Positions 29,801 to 39,921 of a stretch of 64,000 nt of DNA are shown here, in pieces. The notes under the pieces are model-generated. The model was not told where the DNA came from, made no database searches, and saw only the letters and a list, made by a program, of their open reading frames with translations. Source of the DNA: an uncultured virus (IMG/VR IMGVR_UViG_3300028393_000031) (lineage: Duplodnaviria > Heunggongvirae > Uroviricota > Caudoviricetes); IMG/VR virus record IMGVR_UViG_3300028393_000031; one strand, given 5' to 3'. Both the position numbers and the translations under genes were made by a program. The number at the start of each line of letters is the position of its first letter. The first letter of the stretch is position 1.

Positions 29801-31750
29801 ACAGCAGGAAAAGTTGGTGATAACAACGGCGGCACCATCGGCACCGGTGATATAAAATGGGGACTCAATTCCACACAAGGAATACATAGAACTTATTTGT
29901 ATTATTGCAATGACAGCGCAACACGATTGCAATTTTATCATCCTAGAGTAGACATTGTTGACGGAACGGAACCTAGTATTAGTGACCTGTTGCAAGATGT
30001 TACATATATTAGTCGCAACCACGACACACAATCGGGACTATTTACAGTGCCCGAATCTTTTACTAGTACTTCTATTTTGGTATTTGGTGTGGGTGATTCA
30101 TTGCAAGGGATGAACGATGTCACATTTTCAATTGATCAGTCTGTTACTAATTTAAATTGGTCAAAAAAATATTATGAATGGGAAGTATTTTTTCCTAAGG
30201 CAGATGACTATGTATTTTCTCTGTCAGCTGACACCTCTGCTAATTTACAATTAAAATCAAACATTGGAATTAGGTCGGATCCTGATCTTAAAAAAATTAT
30301 GGCCACAACCGGCTCACCTGTAGAAAATTATAAAAATGTCGAAACTACTACATATACAATAGAAGATCCAGGATGGTATGACATAAAAATTTATGCAGAA
30401 TCTGCAAATAGTTTAATCAAAGCACCAGAATATTACCCAGCACCTACAACAATAAATGGGCAATGGTCTACATTAATTAATAGTTTTGGAGTATGGGACG
30501 GCTCCGGCGAGTATAGATGGTATGTTACTATATACAACTCTGGCAAATATAAATTTAATTTATCGGTGGATGATATAGGAAGTTTATATCTGGCCCCTAA
30601 CGAATTTAATGCTACTTTTGAATTGGTAGTAGAAACCAATCAAACTTCGAAAACAATTAATTTTACTAATATATTTACAGTAGAAAAATTTCTCTTTCAG
30701 GGAGACTACATAATTAAAATTATAGCAGATACCACTGGCAGTTCGGCAGCACTAGCAGCAAGTATAACAGATTATCATAATGATGTAATATGGAATTCTA
30801 GTGGAGTTAAAAACCCACAGGACATAGTAGCAAAAGGTGTTGCAGCATCTATTAGAACTACCTCAGGATCGACTATATGGAATACTAGAAATGCCGTTAA
30901 TCTTAAAAATATAGACGAATACGGCAAAGAAAAACTATGCGATATGTACGATACATATTGCGAAATAAACTTTGACATTGCTCAAAACGGAACACCTTTT
31001 GTAGTTGACATATATCCTCCAAGTCCTAATAGAATAGATTCAAATGGAGCAGTTTTACCTATTAATGCACCATTTTATGACATGATAAAAAATGTACCAC
31101 CTATAAATGGTACAAGGTTAATAAATTCAAAATATAGTACAGATAATCATGAAACAAAATTTGATACTTATAATTTTAAAAGTAACAACACAATTGTCTT
31201 TAGTAAACCATTATCTGGAATAGTTACAATTATCTCAGATACAGTAGCAGATATTTCAGATAACGCATTGGTTATACCTATACAAAATATACAAAGTTAC
31301 GATACTTTTAAACAGACTTTTGCTCATAGTAGATGGGCACAAGGAGCACCCACTGCTCCTGTATCTTGGATGACGCAACCAGCTGGCAATTCTCCTATTC
31401 CTGTTAAAAGCACTGGACCTCTTGCAACCCCAGTGGTTAAAACTGCAACAGATACTAATAATTTAAAATTGTATAATACACATATTATGCAACGAGTAGG
31501 ACCTGGTAAGTATTCAGAACCTATAGTATTATCTCAACCGCAGCACGGATATGTTAGAATAACAGTTGATAGACGAAACTTTGCATATGTACCATTTCCT
31601 GACTACGAAGGATTGGATACTTTTACATATACATTATTAACCCAAACTGGACAAATGGGACCACCTAAAAGTGTTTATATAAATGTAATTGGATCAATAA
31701 GTTACATATACGAACTTGAAGTTAATATAATTAATGGTCCTATAATATAA
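26852..31750 (+). CDS. Multidomain virion protein: SGNH/GDSL hydrolase, ILEI/GG-lectin, LamG, PA14-like and cadherin-like Ig domains
   Basis: SGNH blocks FGDS, NHGLND, DGIHP; ILEI 'VTTSDEP..FRSAYTLVG'; LamG 'YTIEFWIY..HVAVV..LYVNG..DIRIWD'; Ig 'PQHG..YVP..YEGLDTFTY'. Confidence 0.8.
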   Translation: MAALISNQIVIVPNTKDIAMNTKSVSSVANDYIHIELFGDSIMCGRDPDELVPLLGVCSKNDQITARVPEPPARLLTLLMPQHKLIVTTRSQGNSTSGELLYGKDGVNEVWPDVIQANIVIINHGLNDAKQNVSLTEYRHNLISLRNGLKPDQIMIWQTPTITKFWDTNPYAEVMREVAAKYKDVVADANRMPNWLNELPDGIHPRQLGYYKLVDLCLTSKINSAIIRKYGSQYVPYKWYRKDYQEKFLLDNQKLIELSFVPRSHRWVEVYYRDNLSFRAVSRGALDIYGKLDAGLWDSKKDVAFFYTQRSYNLCRIRRTDGKVIFNKNFDVYGNPAEAKNLAKALNSTSSDYIVVVTTSDEPKKNRLTVELTEAMYRCGASETIFGSALFKFRSAYTLVGIPGCGKGNGIEAYNGCIDGYPTTAKPILGLKPNEFLVTYPFTNPKYQWSSLLNAYGIWDDNISGLVTSTAVTKTTILAGSKTNVGVAKGTLVLQPTMSKLLARIIVNSLVSEILDTIAPTSTITKIGSVTLSTVPDPTLVLPAMLFGDNNKIGYISIDSMPKYNLSFYAPSNYTIEFWIYRTTANRGGIVISKNTEYEIFIEQDGTMSIATDWNQGTDISLAGGNGRIFTTVIIPLTVLTHVAVVVNGTQILLYVNGTPRIQNNLTLYLNRTAQPSTSPVTLGNKEGDATPANQLYAYIFDIRIWDEARAQGDIFSYMNLPNALGAVQSIYYDIGVVPLLKNLTINVGAASTEDMILVGYDVSATDLLNFGIQTSLSNIRKVEYGDIVNWSSEFTVEFNYTIGYWIWNVAEIPSIPMAGVLYHNNYAGRDTTSIIKYNEWYVGSGSITGYTHNGNVNENERVLGSNPWSKTDVVWEARPTSDNQADGGWNTPWFDIDNTKMYRFSVWVKRTSTAAGGYFYLGMYGNNGGACRMDTGDAELNPYWDYRLTSQLTQNQWYLFVGHVYPATTTSTGKHPDSGYYTTAGKVGDNNGGTIGTGDIKWGLNSTQGIHRTYLYYCNDSATRLQFYHPRVDIVDGTEPSISDLLQDVTYISRNHDTQSGLFTVPESFTSTSILVFGVGDSLQGMNDVTFSIDQSVTNLNWSKKYYEWEVFFPKADDYVFSLSADTSANLQLKSNIGIRSDPDLKKIMATTGSPVENYKNVETTTYTIEDPGWYDIKIYAESANSLIKAPEYYPAPTTINGQWSTLINSFGVWDGSGEYRWYVTIYNSGKYKFNLSVDDIGSLYLAPNEFNATFELVVETNQTSKTINFTNIFTVEKFLFQGDYIIKIIADTTGSSAALAASITDYHNDVIWNSSGVKNPQDIVAKGVAASIRTTSGSTIWNTRNAVNLKNIDEYGKEKLCDMYDTYCEINFDIAQNGTPFVVDIYPPSPNRIDSNGAVLPINAPFYDMIKNVPPINGTRLINSKYSTDNHETKFDTYNFKSNNTIVFSKPLSGIVTIISDTVADISDNALVIPIQNIQSYDTFKQTFAHSRWAQGAPTAPVSWMTQPAGNSPIPVKSTGPLATPVVKTATDTNNLKLYNTHIMQRVGPGKYSEPIVLSQPQHGYVRITVDRRNFAYVPFPDYEGLDTFTYTLLTQTGQMGPPKSVYINVIGSISYIYELEVNIINGPII

Positions 31751-31765
31751 GAATTGGAGTTAAAA

Positions 31766-34700
31766 TTGGCTTACCAAGTTTTTGAAAATGGAAAAAATGT
31801 AATAGTTACATTAAAAACTAATAAACCCGATGGGTCAATTATACCATATGTAATCTCTGGCGCTGGCATCACACTGACAGACATAGATGCTATAAATGGA
31901 CAATTGCCCACTAGTTTAAGCGGTAATTTTATTGTTGGCCCAGTCGAGCCTGGCTACTTACAATTAGTAATAAATGTTAGATCCGATTTTCTGCCAGAGC
32001 CAGCTGAACCCTTAACTGTGACATTAACAGGAACATCACCGCCGGTTGTTAAAATAATTGAAATACTTGATCCTCCTACATATAGTATTGTGCCAGATAG
32101 AACATCAATTAATGAAGGGGATACAATTAATTATACTGTTACTACTGCCAGAGTCAAAGACGGAACAATTTTATATCTGACAAATAAAGGAACTACTCAA
32201 CTTACAGATTTTGGTGTAGCAGATTCTTTATATAGAACAGGATCGGGTAGTTATGATTGGACAGTACCTGCCAAGGTTTATCAATTACAAGTGACAATTA
32301 CAGGTGCAGGCGGAGGCAAAGGTGGCGATGGCCTATATCTAGGATACCCCGGATATCCGGGCCAGATTGTGTCTGGTACATTACCTGTAAATCCCGGGGA
32401 CAAATTAAAAGTTTATATAGGCGGCGGCGGCAAAGAAGGAAGCACTGGAATTAACAGAGTAGGCGGCACAGGCGGTTTGGGTACCGGTGCAAGTTATTTT
32501 TCAAATTTACTAGCAACTGTAACTGCCAATCCTGAATTGTTACCCGACGGCAACGGCTGGTTTGCTAAACATTCAGAAGCAAGTCAAGACCCGTATAATG
32601 CCGTGCAATGGATAATTGTAGTAAATGGAATTATTAGATTTTCAGATACTGTTCCGCCTGCTCGTGGATTGTTTCGCCCCGGGCAATATAAAGGGATTGC
32701 AACTGACGATAGTAATTTATATGTTATGGCATATAATTTATTTGTTCCAATTTCTGGATTAGCCGGAGGAGTGGGTGGTGGTAGCGGCCCACAAACAGTT
32801 GCCGGAACTGGAGGTGGCGGTGGTGGCGCATCAGTATTACTGATTAATAATAATATTAAAATAATTGCCGCAGGTGGTGGCGGAGGTGGTGGTGGAGGCA
32901 ATGCAGGATTAGGACCAGGAAAAGAACAAGATGTTTGGTACATGTCAGATAGTAATAGTGGCGGCAGCGGATATACTAGTCAATACATTGGAGCTGGTGG
33001 CGGCGGTGGCGGCGGGGGACTGTTTGGCGGAGCTGGTGGCGGCCCGGGCGACGACGATCAAGGTGGATTCAGTGGCAGTGATGGGAAAAATTTAATACCG
33101 TCTGCTGCATTAAATTTTTCACAAGACTACAGCGATAATGGTGGTCAAGCAGGCGGAATAGCGGTATCAATACCAGGTGGCAGTTTAAGTTTTAATAATC
33201 ATAGTTACTATTTGAGTATACCTTATAGCCAGGCATTTGAATTTGACACTGGTAATTTTACTATTGAATGGTGGTGGTATCTATTAGAACCGTTTACAAA
33301 CTACAGTGGACCAGGAATTGGACAAAAAGTTGATAATACTACAAACGGATGGGTAATATATAGAGATCCTTTAAATAACTCGGATAAATTAACAATCCGA
33401 TTGGGGCTAACAACCGATTATCCCACAACTGTTTCCCCAACTAGTAGTGCGTGGGAACATTGGGCCGTGGTCAGAAATGGTACTACACTATCATGGTATT
33501 GTAACGGTGTTGTCTGCGGCGAGTATACTAATGTAGACACTGATATATTTTCTGCTGCTGCATTCAGTGGACAAAAACCCGACATGTATATTGGATACGC
33601 AGCGTATTGGGGATACTATATACATAATTCGTATATTTCTAATCTTCGCATAGTTAAAGGGGTAGCTGTATACACTGGCAATTTTACAAGACCAACCGGG
33701 CCGCTGACTGCTACACAAGGAGCAAATCCATACGGTGGTGGTAATACACAATCAATTACATTACCAACCTCTACGTCTTTACTATTAATATCTCAAACTA
33801 GTTTGTTATATCTGGCAGATTCAAGCGTTAACAATTTTAGTGTAAACAATCTTAATAATAACGGAACCGTTGACTATGATATTAATACACCGGTGTCTTA
33901 TAGCAGTATTGGTAATACAAATGAATTTGGTGCTGGCGGGTCTGGTTCAGTGGCATTTAAATGGACTGTTGCAACAGCAAATCAAGATACTATTACTATA
34001 GTAAATAATTTGGCAACTTTTACTAGAATTGCAACCATTGACAAATTAACCGAGGGCCCAGAAAAATTAAAAATGGAATTGAGAACTAAATCATTAAATG
34101 GCCCGGTGGTTGCAAATGCAAATACAGTAATAGTAAATGACACATCTAAAACAGTAATAAAATGTTCCATAACCCCAAGTGTCACTTTAGTGGTCGAAGG
34201 AAGTTCTGTAACTTATAGAGTTGATACAACTAATGTAATAGATGGTACTGCCTTGTATTGGAGTAATGTTGGAACAGCAGCGGGAGATGACTTTGACGAT
34301 TCTGAAAATGCTGGTATAGTAGTAATAGTAAATAATACTTCTACTTTCACTAAAACTATATCTAAGAATTACAGACCTATTAGGAGTATAATTTTAAAAG
34401 TAAGAATTGACAACAGTGTTAATGGTCTCATTGTTGCAGTATCAAAATCTGTAACAATTGCTGATAATGTTATCATGGCACCACCAATTTATTCAGTCTT
34501 TCCAGTTGAGTCTGACAGAGGAAGTAATCTATTAAATTGGTGGTGGGCTAATAGAAATGGTTTAGTAAGAAGTACAAGTACTACTAATTTGTTTAATCAG
34601 AATGATATTAATGCATATGCCATTGCTGATTCGTATCCAGGAGATGACTATCAAGTTACAAAATACGACAAATTTGATAGTTCACCAATTGTTCATTCTG

Positions 34701-36076
34701 CTACATTTAAATTTAAACAAGGATATGAAACAGATCAATTTCTAATAGCTAATAGTGTGGCTGTTTGGACAGTTGTAACTTGGGTCACTTCGCACACAGC
34801 ATTTGATTTACCCGCCTGGGTAGTAGAACCAAGATTTGACACTCAAGATTACGAACGTAAATATCAATCTCCCGGGCATATATTAAAAATAAATCAAGTA
34901 GTAGGAGCCAATCCTCCAACTGAAATGTTTGCCTCGTGGCGTTGGGCAGATTGGGATAAAAATAAAAAATTGTATTTAAACATGCTGGCTGTTAGTATAG
35001 TAATACCAGGAAGATGGGAACCATCCTATTATAAGCCACAACCAAAGTCTAATACTGGAACTGGAATAGCACAGCAAAAATTTAAATACGATATAGGAGT
35101 GGGAAGTTTAAGTATATTCTTAGGTGAGGGAAATAGCTCAACTAGTATATTTAATAACGAAAATAAAACAAAAACAACACCAAGCATACGAGGCGGTTAT
35201 CATCAAGAATATAACGGGGGATACTACATTGATGTTAATATGTTAGGACGTATAGTACCAATTTCTTATTATTCGGGAGACATTATAAGCATACTTGCAT
35301 CTGGGCAAGTTATTGAAAATCCAGTAGGATTGTTTTCTCAAGGGCACGGTTTGGTTATAAATTTATCTGAGCGTAACGGAGGTACATTGATTTCATCAAT
35401 CAATGAAGGGGACAGTGTGACATATGTTATTAAAACAATAAATGTACCCAACAATACCATGTTGTATTGGTCCAACGACGGAACAACTAATTCTGGAGAT
35501 TTTTCTAATCAAATTAATTCAGGTAGTGTTATTGTACAAAATGGACAAGCATCATTTAACATGACATTGTATAACGATAAACTAAAAGAAGGAACAGAAA
35601 CAATAAAAATAAACATTCGCACTCAGGGAGAAGCCGGGCCAATTGTTGCTACGTCGGCTACATTATTAGTCAATGACTCTTCGCAACCCACTGGAAAATG
35701 GACTATAGTATGGGAGTCGGTTAGTGGAGATTTATATAACAGTGTATATGGAAATCCTTTTTCTTTACCTATTGCTACTGATTCTTTTACAAAAGAGTTA
35801 AAGGCAGGAAGTGTTTCGTATGATTGTTTAGTACGCAACATGTTTTTACTGAATATAAATAATCCAGGACAAACTGTTGTTTATAAATTACTTGTAGTAT
35901 CTCCTGCTAATTCGTCTGACACCATGGCAATAGACCCCACAACTGGATCTGTGACAGGATTTTGCGAGGGCGGGCATACTATAAAAATCAGTGCTCTTTA
36001 CGAAAACGCTGATTATTTTGAATCAACTATTACATTGCCCAAGAGTTTAACAGTTAGCATGAATTTCAATCCTTAG
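31766..36076 (+). CDS. Multidomain virion protein: Ig/Calx-beta-like repeats, Gly-rich domain and LamG
   Basis: Repeats of 'S(I/V)NEG..Y...T.....LYW'; LamG 'FTIEWW..WEHWAVVRNG..ISNLRIVKG'. GGAG at 31756 favours the TTG start at 31766. Confidence 0.75.
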   Translation: MAYQVFENGKNVIVTLKTNKPDGSIIPYVISGAGITLTDIDAINGQLPTSLSGNFIVGPVEPGYLQLVINVRSDFLPEPAEPLTVTLTGTSPPVVKIIEILDPPTYSIVPDRTSINEGDTINYTVTTARVKDGTILYLTNKGTTQLTDFGVADSLYRTGSGSYDWTVPAKVYQLQVTITGAGGGKGGDGLYLGYPGYPGQIVSGTLPVNPGDKLKVYIGGGGKEGSTGINRVGGTGGLGTGASYFSNLLATVTANPELLPDGNGWFAKHSEASQDPYNAVQWIIVVNGIIRFSDTVPPARGLFRPGQYKGIATDDSNLYVMAYNLFVPISGLAGGVGGGSGPQTVAGTGGGGGGASVLLINNNIKIIAAGGGGGGGGGNAGLGPGKEQDVWYMSDSNSGGSGYTSQYIGAGGGGGGGGLFGGAGGGPGDDDQGGFSGSDGKNLIPSAALNFSQDYSDNGGQAGGIAVSIPGGSLSFNNHSYYLSIPYSQAFEFDTGNFTIEWWWYLLEPFTNYSGPGIGQKVDNTTNGWVIYRDPLNNSDKLTIRLGLTTDYPTTVSPTSSAWEHWAVVRNGTTLSWYCNGVVCGEYTNVDTDIFSAAAFSGQKPDMYIGYAAYWGYYIHNSYISNLRIVKGVAVYTGNFTRPTGPLTATQGANPYGGGNTQSITLPTSTSLLLISQTSLLYLADSSVNNFSVNNLNNNGTVDYDINTPVSYSSIGNTNEFGAGGSGSVAFKWTVATANQDTITIVNNLATFTRIATIDKLTEGPEKLKMELRTKSLNGPVVANANTVIVNDTSKTVIKCSITPSVTLVVEGSSVTYRVDTTNVIDGTALYWSNVGTAAGDDFDDSENAGIVVIVNNTSTFTKTISKNYRPIRSIILKVRIDNSVNGLIVAVSKSVTIADNVIMAPPIYSVFPVESDRGSNLLNWWWANRNGLVRSTSTTNLFNQNDINAYAIADSYPGDDYQVTKYDKFDSSPIVHSATFKFKQGYETDQFLIANSVAVWTVVTWVTSHTAFDLPAWVVEPRFDTQDYERKYQSPGHILKINQVVGANPPTEMFASWRWADWDKNKKLYLNMLAVSIVIPGRWEPSYYKPQPKSNTGTGIAQQKFKYDIGVGSLSIFLGEGNSSTSIFNNENKTKTTPSIRGGYHQEYNGGYYIDVNMLGRIVPISYYSGDIISILASGQVIENPVGLFSQGHGLVINLSERNGGTLISSINEGDSVTYVIKTINVPNNTMLYWSNDGTTNSGDFSNQINSGSVIVQNGQASFNMTLYNDKLKEGTETIKINIRTQGEAGPIVATSATLLVNDSSQPTGKWTIVWESVSGDLYNSVYGNPFSLPIATDSFTKELKAGSVSYDCLVRNMFLLNINNPGQTVVYKLLVVSPANSSDTMAIDPTTGSVTGFCEGGHTIKISALYENADYFESTITLPKSLTVSMNFNP

Positions 36077-36149
36077 GATAGTATGGTTTATAACAGTGCA
36101 TAAATACATAAATTGAGAACTAAACTCACGCTAATAGATCGGATTTTAA

Positions 36150-36506
36150 ATGGCTGCTCCTAATTTAATTACTACAAATTCCATTCTTGGAAAAACTAAA
36201 GCCGATTGGGTGGCAGATACACTTGATATAGTTTTAGAAAATTCAGTGAATAGTTCGGAATCTTACCGTATAAATGTATTATATGTTACAAATTTGAGTG
36301 CATCTGACACTACAGTTACTATTGATATATATAGAAATTCTGTTAGCTATAAAATTGGTAGTGCAATACCAGTCCCGGTTGGTGATTCTTTAGTTGCTAT
36401 TGCTAAAGATACCAGTATATATCTTGAAGAAGGTGATGCATTACGAATATCGGCTGACATAGCAGGAGTATTACAGTATGTATTGTCCTATGAAATTATG
36501 AGCTAA
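36150..36506 (+). CDS. Small virion protein
   Basis: 'MAAPNL...IYLEEGDALR...SYE'; promoter at 36100. Confidence 0.8.
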   Translation: MAAPNLITTNSILGKTKADWVADTLDIVLENSVNSSESYRINVLYVTNLSASDTTVTIDIYRNSVSYKIGSAIPVPVGDSLVAIAKDTSIYLEEGDALRISADIAGVLQYVLSYEIMS

Positions 36507-36513
36507 TATATAA

Positions 36514-39500
36514 ATGATCAGATATTTACGCCAACCGGCTGTACTAAGAAATTTAGGAACAGCAAGCAATGTAACTTCGACTGTAATTGGTACGCAATTT
36601 AGCGTATCAAATGCAACGCAAAGTATCAGCACATCAACTGGTGCGTTAACTGTATCGGGCGGAGTTGGCGTAACAGGTAATGTATATGCCAATAACATTT
36701 CAGCCAATCAAGTTACAGGTTTAATAAAAACAGCATCTCAACCTGGTATTACACAAATTGGTGTACAACCAGTTTTTACAGCAGTAGATGTTACTATAAC
36801 TGGAAATTTAGTTTTAACGGGTACTCCTACTACAGTCAGCTCTGTAAATACGTCTGTAAGTGATTCTTTAATAACATTACACACCAGTGGAACTACATTA
36901 ACAGTTGATGACGGTGCCGATATTGGATTTAAATTTAATTACTTTAAATCTGCTATTGGCTCACAAAATTCTGCATTTATTGCTTGGGATAATGCAACTG
37001 GTCACTTAAAATTTATATCCAATGGTTCTGTTAGTCTGGGAGGAGTAATATCCGGAACACCTGGAATTATTGATGCTGGTTCGGTAAATTTAACAAATAC
37101 AACTGCAAGTACTAACACTACTACTGGTGCGCTAGTAGTTGCAGGCGGCGCAGGTATTGCTGGTAATGTATACGCAGGATCAATTTATACAGACCAATTG
37201 TATCATGCCAATGGCATACCATATGGAGAAATTGGTGCAACTGGATTTCAAGGCGTAAAAGGTGACACTGGACCTAATGGGGACACAGGAGCAACTGGGC
37301 CAGCCGGATTAGCTGGTGCCAGGGGATATGTTGGATCAAAGGGTGCAACTGGATTTGGTTTACCCGGAGCCCCGGGCGCAGCAGGATATACTGGGTCTAA
37401 GGGTGCTAATGGCGCACAAGGGGTTACTGGTGCAACTGGTGCAGGAACTATTGGTGCCACTGGATTAGGCGGTCCAGCTGGTACCAATGGAATACAGGGC
37501 GCAACAGGGCCCCAGGGACCTGCAGGTCCAATTGGGCTGCAAGGATTAATAGGAGCAACTGGTACAGCAGGTGCTGCTGGTCTCACCGGTTCCCCTGGAG
37601 CAACTGGTTTTGGAGCCACTGGTGTTGCAGGAGCTACTGGTTCTCGTGGTGCAACAGGATTGCAAGGCGTACAAGGCGATACTGGCCCAATCGGAGCAAC
37701 TGGTACAGCAGGTGCAGCAGGTGCAAGAGGTGCCAATGGAGCAGTTGGTGCAACTGGAATTCAAGGCATAGCAGGCGCAACTGGAATTCAAGGTGCAACT
37801 GGACTAACAGGAGCCAAAGGTGATGCAGGAACTAACGGCGCACAGGGATTAACCGGAGCAGGTGGCACTCAAGGTGCAACAGGATTAACAGGAGCAACAG
37901 GAGTACAAGGACCAATTGGTACTATTGGTGCAACGGGACAATTTGGTGCAACAGGGTTACAAGGCGTACAAGGCGATACCGGCTCAATTGGGCAATTTGG
38001 CGCGACTGGACTACAGGGGTTGCCGGGCAACGCCGGTGCAGTTGGCGCTACGGGTGTATTGGGTCCAAGAGGTGCCACTGGTGTAGGAACAATTGGTGCA
38101 ACTGGACTACAAGGCGTACAAGGCGATACTGGTGCTATTGGGCAAGTTGGTGCAACTGGAATTGGAATAACAGGGGCAACTGGTTCTCGTGGTGCTACCG
38201 GAGTACAAGGTGCGCAGGGAACAATTGGTCCAACTGGGGCATTTGGTGCAACAGGCGTACAAGGCGTACAAGGCGATACTGGTGCAACTGGATTACAAGG
38301 TGCCACTGGATTACAAGGAATTAATGGCGCAACAGGAGTCCGTGGTGCAACTGGAATTCAAGGGACGCAGGGAACAATTGGTGCAACGGGACAGATTGGT
38401 GCAACTGGATTTCAAGGTGTACAAGGCGATACTGGCCCAGCCGGCCAAATTGGTGCAACCGGCTTTGGCATACAAGGCATAACAGGACCGATTGGTGCAA
38501 CCGGCTTCGGCATTTCTGGATATACGGGATCGGTAGGCGCAACAGGATTTGGTGCAACAGGCCCAACAGGTCCAACTGGCGACCCAGGCGGAGCCACTGG
38601 CGCTACCGGCGAAAGAGGACCTACAGGCCCAAGAGGAGCTACTGGTGTATCAATCACAGGCGCTACTGGTATGATTGGTATAATGGGAGCCACCGGACAA
38701 ATTGGCGCAACAGGATACGGATACACTGGTAGTAAAGGCGATACTGGTTTAGGATTTACTATTGCTAAATCTTATGCTTCTGTAGCAGCACTAACTGCCG
38801 ATACTGCTCCTACTGGGATTACAGCAGGGCAATTTGCTATTGTTGATAACAATGTTGAAAACTCGGAAGATGCAATACTTTACTTATGGAATGGTAGTTC
38901 TTACATTTATGTAACAGATTTGTCTGGCGCTAAGGGTATAACCGGCCCAACCGGCTCAACTGGCCCGCAAGGAATTGGATACACCGGGTCTGCTAGTACC
39001 GTGGTTGGTTATACAGGTAGTCAAGGATTATCAATTACTGGCGCAACAGGATATGTAGGATCAAGAGGATCAATTGGCCCAATTGGTGCTTCTGGAGTTG
39101 GATATACTGGTAGCCAAGGGTTTCATGGATATGTTGGCAGCAGGGGTGTGTTAACTGGCACAACCGATATCCAAGTAACTATTACAAATCTAACAGAATC
39201 AACTAGTAAAAATACAGGTGCATTTGTAGTATCTGGTGGTGTTGGAATTGGCGGCAATTTAAATGTTGCCGGTAACGTATCACTTTTTGCATTAGATAAT
39301 ACTCCAATTGGTAATACCACTCCGTCTACTGGTAAATTTACAACACTAGAAACAACAAACGATTTATTAGTAGGTGGAAATTTAACAGTACGCGGCAATA
39401 CAACTATTGTAAATTCTACTACTGTTGCTGTTGGTGATTTAAACATTGAATTAGGTAAAAATTCAACTACAGCGGCCGAATCGGCCAATGGCGGCTTAAC

Positions 39501-39825
39501 TCTTAATTTAGGCATAGATGGTACTGCAACAATACTTTATGATTACGGGCACGATGCATGGTCAATTGGAAGACCGCTCAGGGTAGAGGGCACCGGTACA
39601 TTCACTGCCGCAGTTACTGCCGATGGGTTTAAAGATGCACATTTAATTGAGAATAGAGTATTGATAGCAGGAGCATCTGGGTTAATAACAGATAACCAAT
39701 ACCTTAGCTATGCAATTGCTACTAGAACACTATCTGCAGGTAATATATCAGTAACAACAGACATAAAAAAGAATGGAAATTCTGTGTTAACTAATACAGA
39801 TACAATTGACGGTGGCGAGTATTAA
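36514..39825 (+). CDS. Collagen-like tail fibre protein
   Basis: Long interrupted Gly-X-Y region (GAT/GPT/GVQ) at ~37225-39150, 'TGALxVxGGxG' fibre motifs, and a C-terminal IDGGEY. Confidence 0.88.
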   Translation: MIRYLRQPAVLRNLGTASNVTSTVIGTQFSVSNATQSISTSTGALTVSGGVGVTGNVYANNISANQVTGLIKTASQPGITQIGVQPVFTAVDVTITGNLVLTGTPTTVSSVNTSVSDSLITLHTSGTTLTVDDGADIGFKFNYFKSAIGSQNSAFIAWDNATGHLKFISNGSVSLGGVISGTPGIIDAGSVNLTNTTASTNTTTGALVVAGGAGIAGNVYAGSIYTDQLYHANGIPYGEIGATGFQGVKGDTGPNGDTGATGPAGLAGARGYVGSKGATGFGLPGAPGAAGYTGSKGANGAQGVTGATGAGTIGATGLGGPAGTNGIQGATGPQGPAGPIGLQGLIGATGTAGAAGLTGSPGATGFGATGVAGATGSRGATGLQGVQGDTGPIGATGTAGAAGARGANGAVGATGIQGIAGATGIQGATGLTGAKGDAGTNGAQGLTGAGGTQGATGLTGATGVQGPIGTIGATGQFGATGLQGVQGDTGSIGQFGATGLQGLPGNAGAVGATGVLGPRGATGVGTIGATGLQGVQGDTGAIGQVGATGIGITGATGSRGATGVQGAQGTIGPTGAFGATGVQGVQGDTGATGLQGATGLQGINGATGVRGATGIQGTQGTIGATGQIGATGFQGVQGDTGPAGQIGATGFGIQGITGPIGATGFGISGYTGSVGATGFGATGPTGPTGDPGGATGATGERGPTGPRGATGVSITGATGMIGIMGATGQIGATGYGYTGSKGDTGLGFTIAKSYASVAALTADTAPTGITAGQFAIVDNNVENSEDAILYLWNGSSYIYVTDLSGAKGITGPTGSTGPQGIGYTGSASTVVGYTGSQGLSITGATGYVGSRGSIGPIGASGVGYTGSQGFHGYVGSRGVLTGTTDIQVTITNLTESTSKNTGAFVVSGGVGIGGNLNVAGNVSLFALDNTPIGNTTPSTGKFTTLETTNDLLVGGNLTVRGNTTIVNSTTVAVGDLNIELGKNSTTAAESANGGLTLNLGIDGTATILYDYGHDAWSIGRPLRVEGTGTFTAAVTADGFKDAHLIENRVLIAGASGLITDNQYLSYAIATRTLSAGNISVTTDIKKNGNSVLTNTDTIDGGEY

Positions 39826-39853
39826 AGAATAAATACTTTATTGAAGTATAATA

Positions 39854-39883
39854 GCCGGGGCTTCGATACCCCGGTTTTATTTT
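39854..39883 (+). terminator. Terminator-like hairpin
   Basis: GCCGGGG-CTTCGATA-CCCCGGT followed by TTTATTTT. Confidence 0.6.
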
Positions 39884-39921
39884 ATACGTTGGCTATATAG
39901 CACTTAGGACAGACCATAATT

